From contig OX597815.1 of the NCBI GenBank assembly GCA_951406725.2, positions 74,648,001 through 74,712,000 on the forward strand: DNA of 64,000 nt, written 5' to 3'. Source of the DNA: Octopus vulgaris (taxonomy: Eukaryota). The translations under genes were made by a program, and so were the position numbers. The notes beneath the pieces are model-generated. The model saw only the letters and a list, made by a program, of their open reading frames with translations, was not told the DNA's origin and did not search any database. Positions 14,155 through 27,693 of this stretch are shown in pieces; positions within the stretch are counted from its first letter, which is position 1; every line of letters starts with the position of its first letter.

Positions 14155-14232
14155 GCGGTACATATGTTTCGGGCCTTTATTAGACAGATTTATAACAAAG
14201 CATAATGTATGTCTGTGGCCTTCTTCAGCCGC
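14155..14232 (-). ncRNA. Type I hammerhead ribozyme (inverted copy)
   Basis: Reverse complement of 16371-16448. Confidence 0.75.
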
Positions 14233-16370
14233 GCACAACAGCTTCCACAAGGACATGTGTTACATCAAAAATTCTTGGTTGGGGATGCAAATCCTCTCGT
14301 TCACGTACGACATAATGCGGCAGCAGCATAGAATTGAAGCGTCCATCTCTTTCTTCTCTCAATGTAGAATGAGGAAACTTGGATGTTGAGGTAATGTAAA
14401 TAAATAAATACATATATAGAGGTGAAGATGGAGGGGCGAGAGTTCGGGACGAGGGATAAAAAATATATATAAAAATGTAAGTATAGAATAATATAAAAAT
14501 GTAGAGGATAAAGATATAAAGAGTTGTAAGGAGATGTAAAGGGGGTATAAAGAAATATAAAGAAATATAAATAAATGTAAAGGCATAAGGTTGTAAAGTA
14601 AAAATAGAAATGGAAATAAAAGTAAAAAAAGTAAAAGAACCTGATAAAAACATGATAAAAGTGTAAAAGAATGTAAAGATAAGGGATGTATAGAGGTTAC
14701 GGACCAAGCATGGTGGTCAGGAGATTGATAAAATTTAGTTGTAGAACTGTCAGTAAATCAACAGTTTCGTCTGGGGACTTAATGCGTTGTAAATCAGAGC
14801 TGATGAGCATTTAATCTGGTTCCTTGAATTAAATGGACTTCTAGTACATACATATCATCATGGATACATACACCCACATACACGCGTACATATACGTCTC
14901 CAAGCCTATAAGCATACACACGCACTCGCGTGTAAACACGTACATAAACACACACGCACCCACACGCACGTGCGTACACACACATACATACAACAGAATA
15001 TCCGCATATATAGACGGACATTACGCGCGTACACGCTCACATGTATATACGCGCGCCCCTCACTACATACACACACGTATATGCCCACGCCTCTAGGTCT
15101 AGGTATAAGATATTAAAGGATGTGTATAAGAACGTATGTAAAGAATCCCGTACTCATGTTAATACGCGCACGCACACACGGCTGTGTGTCCGTATGTGCG
15201 TGCACATATACACTCATATACACACACAGAGACACACGCGCACATGGGTATAGCTATAAGATATCGAAGTATGCATGTACATATATGCGCGTGCATATGT
15301 ATGTATGCGTATACACACGTACGCGGACGCTCGTATACTCAAAAGGTGGATCCATAGGTAAGTAAATAAACATATATAGAGGTGTAAAGCGATAAGAATG
15401 AGGGTAAGGGTAAAGATTAGAAATAAAAAATACAGTATAAAATAAGAAATACAATGTAATAGTTAGAAATGAAATATAAGAATTATAAAAATTATAAGAG
15501 TTAAGGTAAGGGATGAAAATGAAAATGAGAATAAATGGAAGTAGAATAAAAGTAAAAATAAAATTAAAAATAAAAAAAAATAAATGGAAGTAGGATAAAA
15601 GTAAAAATAAAAGTAAAAATAAAAATAAAAATAAAATAAAATAAGATAAAAATATAATTTTGTAAAGTTTAACATGAGATGAAGGTGGTTGAAAGCTATA
15701 GGTGTGTGTTAAACGTAGGGGCGGGCGGGGGGAACTGAAAATTGGAAGGGTGGGAAGTGGAGTTTGGCGGTGTGCGTTCAACATCTGAGTTAGAAATGTG
15801 AAAGGGTATAGATATAGGGAATTAAAGAGACTACATAGGGAGGATATGGGTGTAGGAGAAGAAATATTTAGGGAAAAGAAGTCATATATGGGAGACAAAA
15901 TTTGTATATATAGGGGGAAAATGTAGGGAACCGTATATGCACATATACACACCCACACACACACACACACACGCACACGTATATATATAAATATATATAT
16001 GTATATGTACACATACGTACACGTATGTGCACATACATACGCACACACACACACACACACATACACACGCACATATAGGAAAGCGGGATGTGCTGGAGCC
16101 GACAGGTTGCACCGGGTGGGAGGAAATTGCATGGGGGAGTTGGTATAAGACCTAAGCATTGTAGTATTTGAAAGTATTTGAAAGTATATATGTATTTATT
16201 TATTTACATTACCTCAACATCCAAGTTTCCTCATTCTACATTGAGAGAAGAAAGAGATGGACGCTTCAATTCTATGCTGCTGCCGCATTATGTCGTACGT
16301 GAACGAGAGGATTTGCATCCCCAACCAAGAATTTTTGATGTAACACATGTCCTTGTGGAAGCTGTTGTGC

Positions 16371-16448
16371 GCGGCTGAAGAAGGCCACAGACATACATTA
16401 TGCTTTGTTATAAATCTGTCTAATAAAGGCCCGAAACATATGTACCGC
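16371..16448 (+). ncRNA. Type I hammerhead ribozyme
   Basis: Stem I GCGG/CCGC; core CTGAAGA; stem II GGCC/GGCC with long loop; GAAA; palindromic stem III ACATATGT; GTA cleavage triplet. Confidence 0.75.
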
Positions 16449-16503
16449 TGAGTCCTTCGCATCATGTTTTTATTTTATTTTGATCAATTTATATATATAT
16501 ATA

Positions 16504-16890
16504 CTAGCAGTATCGCCCGGCGTTGCTCAGGTTTATAAGGGAAATAACTATAAAGCAGTTTTAGAGAGTTATAGCCAAAAACTAGCAAAAAAATGGAAAA
16601 AAAATGATGGTAAATTTTTTTTTTTTGAGAGTTAAAAAGGTCGAGTTGCGCCCCCTAGAAGTCTGTGGTTTGTGTTTCTGATTCTCGACCCCATGTCGAA
16701 TTTATCGATTTTTTTCAGAACTGGGGGAACTTTTCAAAATTTTCGCTGCGTTAGTTTTGAATTATGACATTGGGCTATGTGTGTGTCAAGTTTCATCAGA
16801 ATCGGTTGAAAGCCGTGGTCAGGGTGAGGGTACGAGAAAACAGACACACAGAAACACACACAGACAAACTGCCGTTTATATAGAGAGTGA
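16504..16890 (-). mobile_element. Non-autonomous Helitron
   Basis: Minus strand starts TC (16890) and ends with a GC hairpin followed by CTAG (16507-16504); inserted between A and T with no TSD. Confidence 0.75.
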
Positions 16891-16911
16891 TATATATATA
16901 TATATATATAT

Positions 16912-17110
16912 TTCGTTTTTGGATTTGGTTTGCAAGATACTTTATATGAGTTTGTGTGTTGAAGCATATTCTGTTGTGTCTGGGGAGAGTCATTCTCTTT
17001 TAGTGCCTTATTATTTAACACACTCACCGGTAAAATTTCCACTTATTTTCACCGGTGAGTGTGTTAAATAATAAGGCACTAAAAGAGAATGACTCTCCCC
17101 AGACACAACA

Positions 17111-17111
<1 letters not shown>
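16912..17111. repeat. Fold-back insertion in (TA)n, 61-bp perfect arms
   Basis: 16971-17031 pairs with 17051-17111 across a 19-nt spacer; the left arm extends to 16912. Confidence 0.9.
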
Positions 17112-17139
<28 letters not shown>

Positions 17140-17146
<7 letters not shown>

Positions 17147-17324
17147 GAAATATTAAAATTACTAAGTCTCTCTAAAAGAGAACAACGGCAGCGTTCCCGG
17201 AAAATATTAGTTATCGCCATACTAATATGGCATTCTTATAAAAATAAGAATAAAGCTAATAAGCGGTCAGCTTTATTCTTATTTTTATAAGAATGCCATA
17301 TTAGTATGGCGATAACTAATATTT
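17140..17324. repeat. Fold-back insertion in (TA)n, 56-bp perfect arms
   Basis: 17202-17257 pairs with 17269-17324 across an 11-nt spacer; related fragments near 49650-49710. Confidence 0.9.
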
Positions 17325-17339
17325 ATATATATATATACC

Positions 17340-19965
17340 AAGGCTGTGTAGATTTTAGAACATGTATAGATAGAAGGTTTTACAGATGTTTCCAGCTGAC
17401 CTCCCCTGTTCGAAGGTTATAATGGACACATGTTCGTGTGCCACATAGCTAGGTAGAGGCGATGGAGCTAATCAATGGCAGCAATCGTCCTATTTTTCTG
17501 GACTGGCATGTTAGCTTGGCGATAACTATTAATATGCAGGGTGTCCATAAAGTCTCTTTACAATTTAAAAAATTTATTGCAAAGGCAGTTGATGAGATAT
17601 TTTAACCAGATTTGTTTCATTTTAATAATTGTTTATTAAAGTTTTTATTTATATTAAATTTTTGTGTTTCAGGGTGGATATTGTCTTTCAATAAGCGTAG
17701 TTTTGAGGTCTTCAAGACGAAGGTCCCGAGTTGTTCTATCAGACACTAGTGTGCAAATCCTTTTTGCTAAATTGAAAGGGATGTTTATTTTGATGTGTTT
17801 CGGATGGCATGAGTTAAAGAGAAGATATTGTTTTGAATCAGTTGATTTATAATAAATGTCAGTTATGATTTCATTTGATTTTTGATTTTGATTTTTCCAG
17901 TTTCAGCTTATGAACTGTGGCCATGCTGGGGCTGTTAACTTTTTTTTATCATGATGTCTAAAAATGGGAGTTGTGAATTGCATGTTACTATTTATGTCAT
18001 TTAGTGTTGTTTTGAAATCCAAACGTTTGTCGATGTTCTCCTTCCAGATGATAAAGCAGTCATCTAGGTATCTCTTCCAATTTTCTCTTATGTAGAGGTA
18101 AAATGGGTAACCATATTTCTGAAGTGATACTTCATTTAAGGTGATTTCAAAATAAGCATTATTAGGTTCGCAAGAGCAGGAGCTGCTTTCGTCCCCATCG
18201 CAATTCTGCATTTCTGACGATAGTATGTGTCATCAAATAGGAAATAATTGTTCTGAAGTATAAATTTTAAGGATTCAATAATAAAGATCTGGTTTATGCG
18301 TTCTGGGAGGACTTTGGGGGTACTTTTCCAACCAGAATTTAATTGCTTTTATTCCATAGTCATGAGGGATATTGGTGTAAAGATTGATAACATCGAGGGT
18401 AACCAATATTGCCTCTTCATTAATTGTTTTGGTAGGTATTGTAGCATGTCTAAATCATCTCTAATGAAACTTTTGCTGTATTTTAGCAAGGGTTTCAGTA
18501 GGATGTCTAGAAAATTGCTAAGGTGGTGGGTTTCACAGGCTGGCCCAGCTACAATGGGTCTTAAAATCAAGTCTTCTGGCGCTTGGATATTTATATATTT
18601 GCCTGGTGATAGTTTGCAGGCTTCATTGATTATCTTACTCTTGTGTATTTTAGGAAGGCCGTAAAAAAAACTGGGTTTACATTCGAAGTTCGTGATGTAG
18701 TCTGTTTCTTTTTCTGTCAGGCCTTTTCCATGTAGAAGAATTAAGGATGCAAGATTTTTCATTGTTTTTTGTTGTTTATAGTTTATAACTTTTTCGTAGA
18801 AGGCCTCGTTTTCTAGTATGGAAAGTACTAGTTTTTTTATAGTGTTCTGTGTTCATCAGAACTACAGCACTTCCTTTGTCAGCTTCTTTAATTGTCAGGT
18901 CTTTGTCGTTTTGTAGTTCAGTCAGATTTTTCCATTCTAGATTGTTGAGGTTCGGATTAATTTTTCGATTACTGGATGTGTAGGGGAAATTTTGGATATA
19001 GTTGCAGAAGTCATCCAGTGTTTTATTCCTACTCTTATGTGGAAGGTAATTACTTCTGTTTTTGACTAGTGATTCATCTTCGTTGTAGTCAGTTAGTGCT
19101 TCTGCGAGTCGTAGTTTTCTGCAGAATTCTGAAATATTGTCTTTCATTTCATTATAGTTAGCTCTTCGTAGGGTTGGAGTGAACTTTAAACCTTTGACTA
19201 GTATATTGATTTTTGCTATAGAGAACGTTTTCTTTGATAAGTTAATGACTTTGGGTTTCTGCTGTACGTTTTGTTCCAACGTATGTCCCTGTTTCTCTCC
19301 ACTTGGTCTAAAAAATGTTTATTGTAATTCGGTTGGTAGAATTTATTATTGGTGTTATTATTGTTATTAATTAAATCTGTATTATTAGTACTTATTATAT
19401 TCGGGTTGCTGGGGGGTTGATGTTGCTGCCTTGGTAAACTGGTTGGGAGCACGTGGTTAGGATTTCTTCGTTGAAATGAATTGTTGGGGTGCTTAATTAT
19501 GTTGTTTCTTCGTTGAGGGGTAAAAGGGGGTCTCTTGGACATTTCTAGATGCTAGGTAGAAAAAAATTATTACTCCTTACTCTAGGCTGGTTTCTTCTAG
19601 TGTTTCTAATTGATGAGTAGTTCCTGTTATTAGATAGAGAGTGGTTTACTTCTAGGGTTACTTTTCTGTGTTTGTGTCCTTTTGGATTTTGATTGTTTGA
19701 TCTAGGTGGATGTGTATTTATTTGTGTCGATGCATTTGTTCTGGATTTTTTTAGGAAGAGGTTATCTGAAGTGTAGTCACTTTTAAATTGAGCTTCATAT
19801 TTAAGGAAGAAGTTTACACTGTTTTCCCATCGTTGCAGGGAATTTATTTCTTCCGTCTCACAGCTGTCTTTCCATAATTTTCAAACACTTTCCAAAAGTT
19901 GTTCATCAGCATGTTTAGTGAGTTCGGTGTGCATTTCCTCATCGATCTTTTTGTATTTTTGTTTG
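17340..19965 (-). mobile_element. Penelope-like retroelement (probably Neptune-type), frameshifted RT
   Basis: KVINLS..ILVKGLKFTPT, TIKEADKGSAVVLM, FYGLPKIHK, LRPIVAGPAC and WKRYLDDCFIIW. Small nested insertions at about 17536-17645 and 17880-17935. Confidence 0.92.
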
Positions 19966-19978
19966 TTATTCCTATATA

Positions 19979-20183
19979 TATATAGGAAAATGTGTTGCTG
20001 AAAATGCAGTTAAATTTCAAAAACTCGTGAATGTTTAAAATACATTTATTTACATGTATCCAGTTACCAAACTGTAAATAAATGTATTTTAAACATTCAC
20101 GAGTTATTGAAATTTAAGTCCATTTTCAGCAACACATTTTCCTATATATTTTTTCCTGCATGGAAACACCACTCTCTCTTTTG

Positions 20184-20185
<2 letters not shown>
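19979..20185. repeat. Fold-back insertion between TA tracts, about 75-bp arms
   Basis: 19979-20054 pairs with 20073-20148 with a few mismatches; the right arm extends into (TA)n. Confidence 0.88.
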
Positions 20186-20217
<32 letters not shown>

Positions 20218-20266
20218 TTCTAAATGTTTCACGTTCTTGTCCCTGTTTGTGTATTTTTTTAACTTT

Positions 20267-20372
<106 letters not shown>

Positions 20373-21209
20373 CACACATACGGATCGTTGTGGTTTTCGT
20401 CAATGCATAAAAAAAACAAAAAACAAAAAATAAACAAAAGACTCAATTCGTGCGAAAGTGCACAAACGAAGCAATACACTGAAACGAAATCGATCCCTGT
20501 AAGTATGAGATATTTATAGCAACTCAGTAGCCAACAAATTCAGCACATCTGGATGGAGTTTTATTGTATACTCTCTTTGATGTATTCATATTCCATCAAA
20601 ATTAAACAAAATATCTTGACAATAGTGTTGTTATTTGCTTACATGCACACACACACGTACACGTACATACACACACGCACATGCATGCACGCACGCACGC
20701 GCACACACACACACTCACATATATGGATATGAAAATTTACTAACACATTCACACTTTTACTTTATAAAAGGAGACGATGTTTACAAGCAAACTTACTCCT
20801 TTCGGATGACATTTGTTATTTTAAAATATATTCCTTCGACACGAACAGCTGCACATAATAAATTAGTTTAATCGAATTAAACAAGAATTAAACAAATATT
20901 AGTAATGACCTACAACATGTGTTGATATCTCAAAAAAATTGGAACACGGACTTATACAGATTAAGTGTACGATGATGGCTGTTGACTCACTGACTTTCAT
21001 ACGCTCAATCAACCAATCTTGAAGCACACACACACACGCACACATACACGTATTTGCAGGCATGGCGGTGTGGTAAGAGATTTGCTTCCATGGCGGTGTG
21101 GTAAGAGATTTGCATACCACATTGGGTAAATGTCTTGTGTTAGAGACCCTGGCTGACCAAAGTCGTGTGAGTGGAGTTGGTAGACGGAAAATGAAAGAAG
21201 CCACTCGTA

Positions 21210-21815
21210 TGGATCTTTGTGGTTTTCGTCACTGTTTACAATTATCTCTCCCTCCCTCCAAAGGTTTTGATGTATCATATGTAGTTTATGACGCTGAATC
21301 CGAATTTGTTTTTCATTTATTCAAGAAAAATTTTGCAAAAATTTCACAGGTATTCAAAAGTTCGATATTTTTCAGAATTTTCAGCCAGTCAGAAAGCAGC
21401 ACGTTCGCTGCATCTTCCATCATCAGGGAGGAGGGGGGGCATGTCAAAACATTAAACTCGGATTTTATAAAATGAATTATCTTTCTCGTATCTCCCTCTC
21501 CTCCTTGTACGCAAGCGCAACATCTTTGGTTACTATGGAAACAGTTCTTCGTAATCAGCTATGCTACACGTGGTGTTTATTTGCTTTCGTTACTATGGAA
21601 ATACAAATTTTCTCCATGGTGATATGTAAACTACTCGCTTCTGATTGGCTAAAATACCCAAATTTTGCAAATTCTAAAGACTAACAACTTTTTAATGGCT
21701 TTATAGGAAAAATTAATTTCGTTTTCATAATTAATAAACAAAACTTAATCCAGATGCCAATTTTGAAAACAACTGGAACAAAATTGCAAACAGTGACGAA
21801 AACCATATTTACATG
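21210..21815. mobile_element. Non-autonomous DNA transposon (MITE-like)
   Basis: TGGTTTTCGTCACTGTTTACAATT near 21220 pairs with AATTGCAAACAGTGACGAAAACCA near 21782-21806. Confidence 0.7.
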
Positions 21816-21869
21816 GAGTTAAAGATATGTTCAATCGTAGAGTGATCAATAATTTCTCATCCATAAAGC

Positions 21870-22385
21870 GCTTAGATTTATAGATGAATCGCCAGACTCG
21901 AATAGCCGAAGGCGTATAACCTCTCTTCAAACTGGAGATAGAAAACCGTTGCGGTCATTTAATTTAGAAACAAAAGAATTTTGAGCTTTAAACGGGACGA
22001 GTTATCTCTCTTTGACCTGTCTGGTTGGCAAATCTTATGGACCTAAAGGGTCAACAGGGAATCTCTGCTCTTAGGCTGGTTCCGGTCTGCAAGTAATTTT
22101 TACAGTTCTAATCGACGAATGGGGAATCCCAAGCCTGCAGCAGGTAGCGTTTGAAATAGGGACATGATGTACAGATGTTATGTCTTGCGTTTAAGAAATA
22201 TCCTTGGTCCAGCAAATCGTTAGGGATCATTGCTTGCTCTGCTATGCACAGCTGGCATCGTCCGCTCCCGTTTATACAGGGCTCTGATTGCTCAATGATC
22301 CTCCATTTAATTTCGCATGGAGTTCCTTTATCCTTAAGACACCGCACGTGACTGGCCAGGGCGTGACGTAACAGCTTTCCGGAAT
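21870..22385 (-). mobile_element. PLE 3' end: GIY-YIG endonuclease C-terminus plus 3' UTR
   Basis: LKDKGTPCEIKWRII...RCQLCIAEQ...LNARHNICTSCPY pattern; decayed hammerhead-like CCAG-TTTGAAGA-GAGG..CCTT..CTGG at about 21891-21935. Confidence 0.7.
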
Positions 22386-23442
22386 CCTAAAGAGAATCCT
22401 AAAAGAGAACCTCTAACTTTTAGAGCGTGCTTCTTTTTCGAATATATGATCCACTAACAATCCATTCGTGTCCCTGAACTCAGAGTGTCTTACAAAGGCC
22501 ACCACGTCCGATAGCTGTACCGACACTACGCGCTTCTACATATTCACGAATGCCACATCTCTCGGATAACATGGAAGTTATCCAATGAGAATGTTCACAG
22601 GAAAGACGTAGAAGTCGTTTTAGTCATCTGAAAAATGAGACAAAAATCCCCGAAACAGTGTGTTTGTTGCCTCAGGGCTGTTATTAGTTAATGCGTATGA
22701 CTGCTAATAAATTATCTTTTGTGTGCAGTTTAAAACATATTTTGTATTTAGCAGCGCTATATCAAATATATGAGCAGTGGTCTAGTACGGATCATATATG
22801 AACTAAGTGATGTGTGGGGGTGGGAGAGCCATCAGCTGATAAAGTCTGAAATACGATTTCGTCTAGAAGAGACCGAAACTTGAGTGGGAGTGTACATTTA
22901 TCATCATTGAATATTGTTAGAGATTTTCATTTGAATGTATGTTGTGCAAACGTAAGGCGAGTGTACTGATTTCATAACATATATTGCAATCGTGTCTTAG
23001 TGCCGTTGAAAGAATTATTGATATCATTGGAGGAAATTTTTGTGGTCTCTGTTCACAAAAGTATAATACGTCTGATGTGAGGTGTTTAGTTTACATATAT
23101 GTGACATGTGTATGAGGAAAGTTAACGTGGAATGACGATGAGTGCATGCGTGTATGTTTAGAAATAACAGTGAGGGCCTTTTTGCTTACAGAAAGTCGTA
23201 GGTTGGAAAGATAAATCGATATCTGAAGTAAGCTTAAAGTAAAAGTACGTTGGCTGAAAAAAGCCTCACCGTCACGTGTTACGATGGCGCGGTCTGACAA
23301 GTTAAATTCTGACCCAAGAGTTGAAGAGTGTATAAAATTCAGAGGCATACAACTTTAATAGGATCACGTGTCACATAGAGGAAGATTATAGGTGGTCGTG
23401 TGCTGGAAACAACAGCTAAATCCTGCACGTGTTACTTATTTT

Positions 23443-24318
23443 CTAACTTTTGTGTTTCTTGGGATTACCGTAGAATTGACTGCTTTTACTTTTGAAATTG
23501 GTCATATAGTCGTATTCTTTGTCGGTGAGTCCTCTGTATAGGTTTAACATGGATTTTATGTCTCTCATTATTTTCTGCTGACTGTGGTGTTGGGCCTTTT
23601 CATAATATGGTGTGTCTTCTAAAATGGATAGTACTAGAGTTATATAGTATACCGTGTCCATTAAGACAACTGCACTCCCTTTATCAGCCTCTTTGATTGT
23701 TATTGTTTTGTCATCTTTTAGTTTGTTCTGTACAAATCCCAGATCAAAATTCCGGAAAGCAGAAAAATAGCATTCAGCCAACACATCGACATTTGCGCCA
23801 ATAACAGAAATCCAAGCATCAGAATTTTTCCCCTTTATCAATTCAGGGATGACACAATCTGTAGCCAACAGATTAATAAAGAGTCGTTCTTTATCACAAA
23901 ATACAGACCCCTTTTGAACGCATCTTCAACTTGACAATTTAACAGCCTACTACCATCATACCCATCCCGCACTCTTTTATTATTCTTTCTCTTCTTCTCT
24001 TTCTCTTTCTTCTTGTTTTCTTCTTCCTCTCCCTCACTCCCTTTCTTACTTTACTGTGACTGCTGTTTAGAATAACACCTACGCAAATATTAAAAACAAT
24101 ACATTCAAAAGAGATATCTCAAGAATTCAATCACTGCTACCATCCACAACAAGTCACTTTCAGGGCACTTGACCATTTAACATCCTACTACTACAATCAT
24201 ACCACTAACGCATTATTTTCTTCTTCTTCTTCTTACTTTTAAACTGGCAAAATGACCATTCCGAAATACAACAATATCTGTTTCAACACATGATTTCACA
24301 TAAAAAATCTTGCACAAC
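23443..24318. mobile_element. PLE copy with internal inversion: RT fragment (-) joined to GIY-YIG/3' end (+)
   Basis: Minus strand 23443-23730: TIKEADKGSAVVLMD...FYGNPK. Plus strand about 23735-23925: QIKIPESRKIAFSQHIDICA...IFPLYQ...ESFFITKYRPLLN. A 3' UTR then runs into (TA)n. Confidence 0.8.
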
Positions 24319-24319
24319 A

Positions 24320-24870
<551 letters not shown>

Positions 24871-24894
24871 TGTGTGTGTGCGTGTGTGCATACT

Positions 24895-25190
24895 ATAGCC
24901 TCGGGCCAACCAAAGACTTGTGAGTGGATTTGGTAACCGGAAACTGAGAGAAGCCTATTGTATATATGTTTATATTTGTGTGTGTGTGTGTTTCTGTGTT
25001 TGTACCCCAACATCGCTTGACAACCGATGTTGGTGTGCTTACGTCTCTGTAACATAGCGGTTCGGCAAAAGATACCGATAGAGTAATTACTAGGCTTACG
25101 AAGAGTAAGTCCTAGGGGTTGATTTGTTCGACTAAAGGTGGGACTCCAGCATGGCCGCAGTCAAATGACTGAAACACGTAAAAGAATAAA
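24895..25190 (+). mobile_element. tRNA-derived SINE family B, 5'-truncated
   Basis: Body TTGTGAGTGGATTTGGTA...CTCCAGCATGGCCGCAGTCAAATGACTGAAAC, shared with many copies in the window. Confidence 0.85.
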
Positions 25191-25479
25191 AAAGTGTGTG
25201 TCTGTGTGGGAGGGGGGAATGCCTGTAATATTTGTATTATTATTAGGTTTTCTGAAATAGGAGTCGCAGTTCTATTAGTAAAATCCCGAATTTGTAATAA
25301 TATACATACATACATGCATACATACATAATACATACATACATACATATATATATATATATAAAATAATATAAATAATACATAAATATATGCATATATACA
25401 TACATAAATGTACATACCTACATATATATGTATATGTACATGTATATATGGGTACATGTCATCAAAAAATATTGAACAC

Positions 25480-26078
25480 AATGAGAAACGAAAATATAAA
25501 AAAAAAACATAGAAACGAACTTTTTTTCAAACAACGAAAAAAACAGAGTACAAGACGTACAACACAAGGAATACACCCCTTCTTCAGTTGTCCCTGTTTC
25601 ATCTGCTCCGCGTTCGAAGGTAAGGACAAGACGCGACTTCGTTGAAACAGTCCTTCCCGCAAAGCAAATTAAATAAAATTTGGGATTTTTTGCGGAGGGT
25701 AAAAGTGGTAACAAGAACAGGACAGTAAGAACAAAACAAGACAGTAAAAACAATAGTAAAAACAGTAAAAGACAGAACAATGAGAATAAAATAGTAAAAA
25801 CAAACGATGAGGGCTGTTAAGCCAAGACGATGGAAAAATTATTCTGAACGTTTAAGGAGACAGCTTTGAAAGAGACAGAATAAGCTGGTCTGGTCTTGGC
25901 GAAGATAGCAGTTGGAAAGATGACTTCACTCTGATCTCGTGTCAGTGACGAGAGAGTCGAGGAGGAGGAGGAGGAGGAGGAGTAAGAGAGAGGGAACGGT
26001 GAAGGGGAGAAGAAGAATAGGGAAGGGTGGGAGAGAAAACAGATATATATATATATATAATTTTCACAGTTACGACTG

Positions 26079-26134
<56 letters not shown>

Positions 26135-26276
26135 ATATATGAATTAGAGATAAAACCACTATTATGCAACTCAAACAGTGATAGACATAAACCAATACAT
26201 AAATAACAAATAATATATATAATTGATATAATATATAATATATATATATATGTATACACACACACACATATATGTT

Positions 26277-26316
<40 letters not shown>

Positions 26317-26345
26317 AATTTTCGCACAGTTACGACTGTACATTC
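25480..26345 (-). mobile_element. Probable PLE terminal remnants with (TA)/(TG) tracts
   Basis: 26145-26200 resembles 58345-58400; CTGAAGAAGGGG hammerhead-like start on the minus strand near 25575-25590. Confidence 0.35.
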
Positions 26346-26577
26346 TCTGACTTCGATTTTAACTATGGCACATACAGGTTTCTGGTGATATGTGGCAATA
26401 ATGAGCTGTTGTCTGACAACACTAAATTGTATCATGCGGCCCAGCTGCTGCAGCCAACATTTCTTCCAGTTTTAGTCGAGTTGGTGTAGGGTGCTTGTTT
26501 GTGGTCTAATGACTTTTTAGTTACTCTGTGTTGTATTAGTTACAAATCCATGTAGTAAGGTGCACATAAAGGCCGAG

Positions 26578-27693
26578 ATGGGTAGAAAAGCGATCTTAGT
26601 CCCCATAAAATTGGACAAATTGAAGTGTATTTGAGGGATATCTCAGTTAAACAGAGATAAATTGTAAAGAAACTAAATGTCTCAAATTTGATGGTAAAAA
26701 AATTGTTAGTAACTGTGGTAGAAAACAAGTAACAACCCCTAGAATTGATAGAAAAATAAAAAGAATTTCTCTCAATAATAGATAAGCATCTTGTAGTATG
26801 ATTTCCCGCGAATTAATGGATGAGAACATCACTGTGCATCGAAGACAACAGACTTTTGGAAGGTGGATGACACGCATATTGTTCAAGGAGAAAAAAACAT
26901 ACATGGATTAAAAATCATATTGCACGGACTTCTGAGCAATGAGAGCAGGTAAGACTATCTAAAATAGTGGATTTGAGTCTTTATGTATTGTATCCATGAT
27001 AAAATATGATATTATTGATATAATAAGATGTTAGTATTAATTTCAGTTATCAAACCAGCTTTATAAAAGATTATTTAAAAATAGCTTTTAATATGATTGT
27101 GATAGACTGAAACAATAACTTATTCTGGATGTCCTATTAATCAAATATGGTTTTCAATTGCTGCAGGTGGTGTTTTCGGATGAATCCATCATAGCAGTGC
27201 TCGAAGATCGGGTGCAAAGTGAGGGATTTCTTTCGGATTTTCTTCGAAAAACACTAAAATTTCCACAGAAAATTATGGTTTGGGGGACAATTTCTTCCCA
27301 TGAAACTAGTCACCTGAAAATAATTGAAGGTTCTATGAGCCAAGAGAGCTACATTGAGGTACTTAGAAGTAGACTAATACCACAAGCATGGTAATGGTAT
27401 GGAGATAGGCCTTGGATATCCCAACAGGACTCGGCACAAAATCGGTAAAGACATGGTTCACCGAAAATCCTGTTAACGTACTTCCATGGCCAGGAAATTC
27501 ACTTGACATGAATCCAATTCAGTGTCTGTTGAAAGATGAAATATATCAATCCCCTATTACAACCAAACGCCTCCTTATTGAGCAATTCATACAAATTTGG
27601 TTCCATTCGGACAGAATCAAGGATTTGTGTAGAATACTTGTTCGTGGTATGCCTCGACGTGTACAAGCCCTTAATTCTGCTAAAGGAGAGTAA
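26578..27693 (+). pseudogene. Decayed Tc1-like transposase with an apparent 218-nt intron
   Basis: MGRK.DLSP start; (W)TSEQ(W)EQ | VVFSDES split by GTAAGA...TGCAG; KFPQKIMVWGTIS; WPGNSLDMNPI. Confidence 0.85.

Larger units (their letters stand above)
14042..16491 (-). mobile_element. Non-autonomous PLE-like element with about 307-bp inverted terminal duplication, each arm carrying a hammerhead ribozyme
   Basis: 14112-14418 is the reverse complement of 16185-16491 (identical 83-aa ORFs on opposite strands in the track). Low-complexity interior; both ends in (TA)n. Confidence 0.8.

Noticed and set aside
14138-14389. 83-aa ORF present twice on opposite strands
   Set aside because: It is a by-product of the inverted repeat, with no recognisable protein motif.
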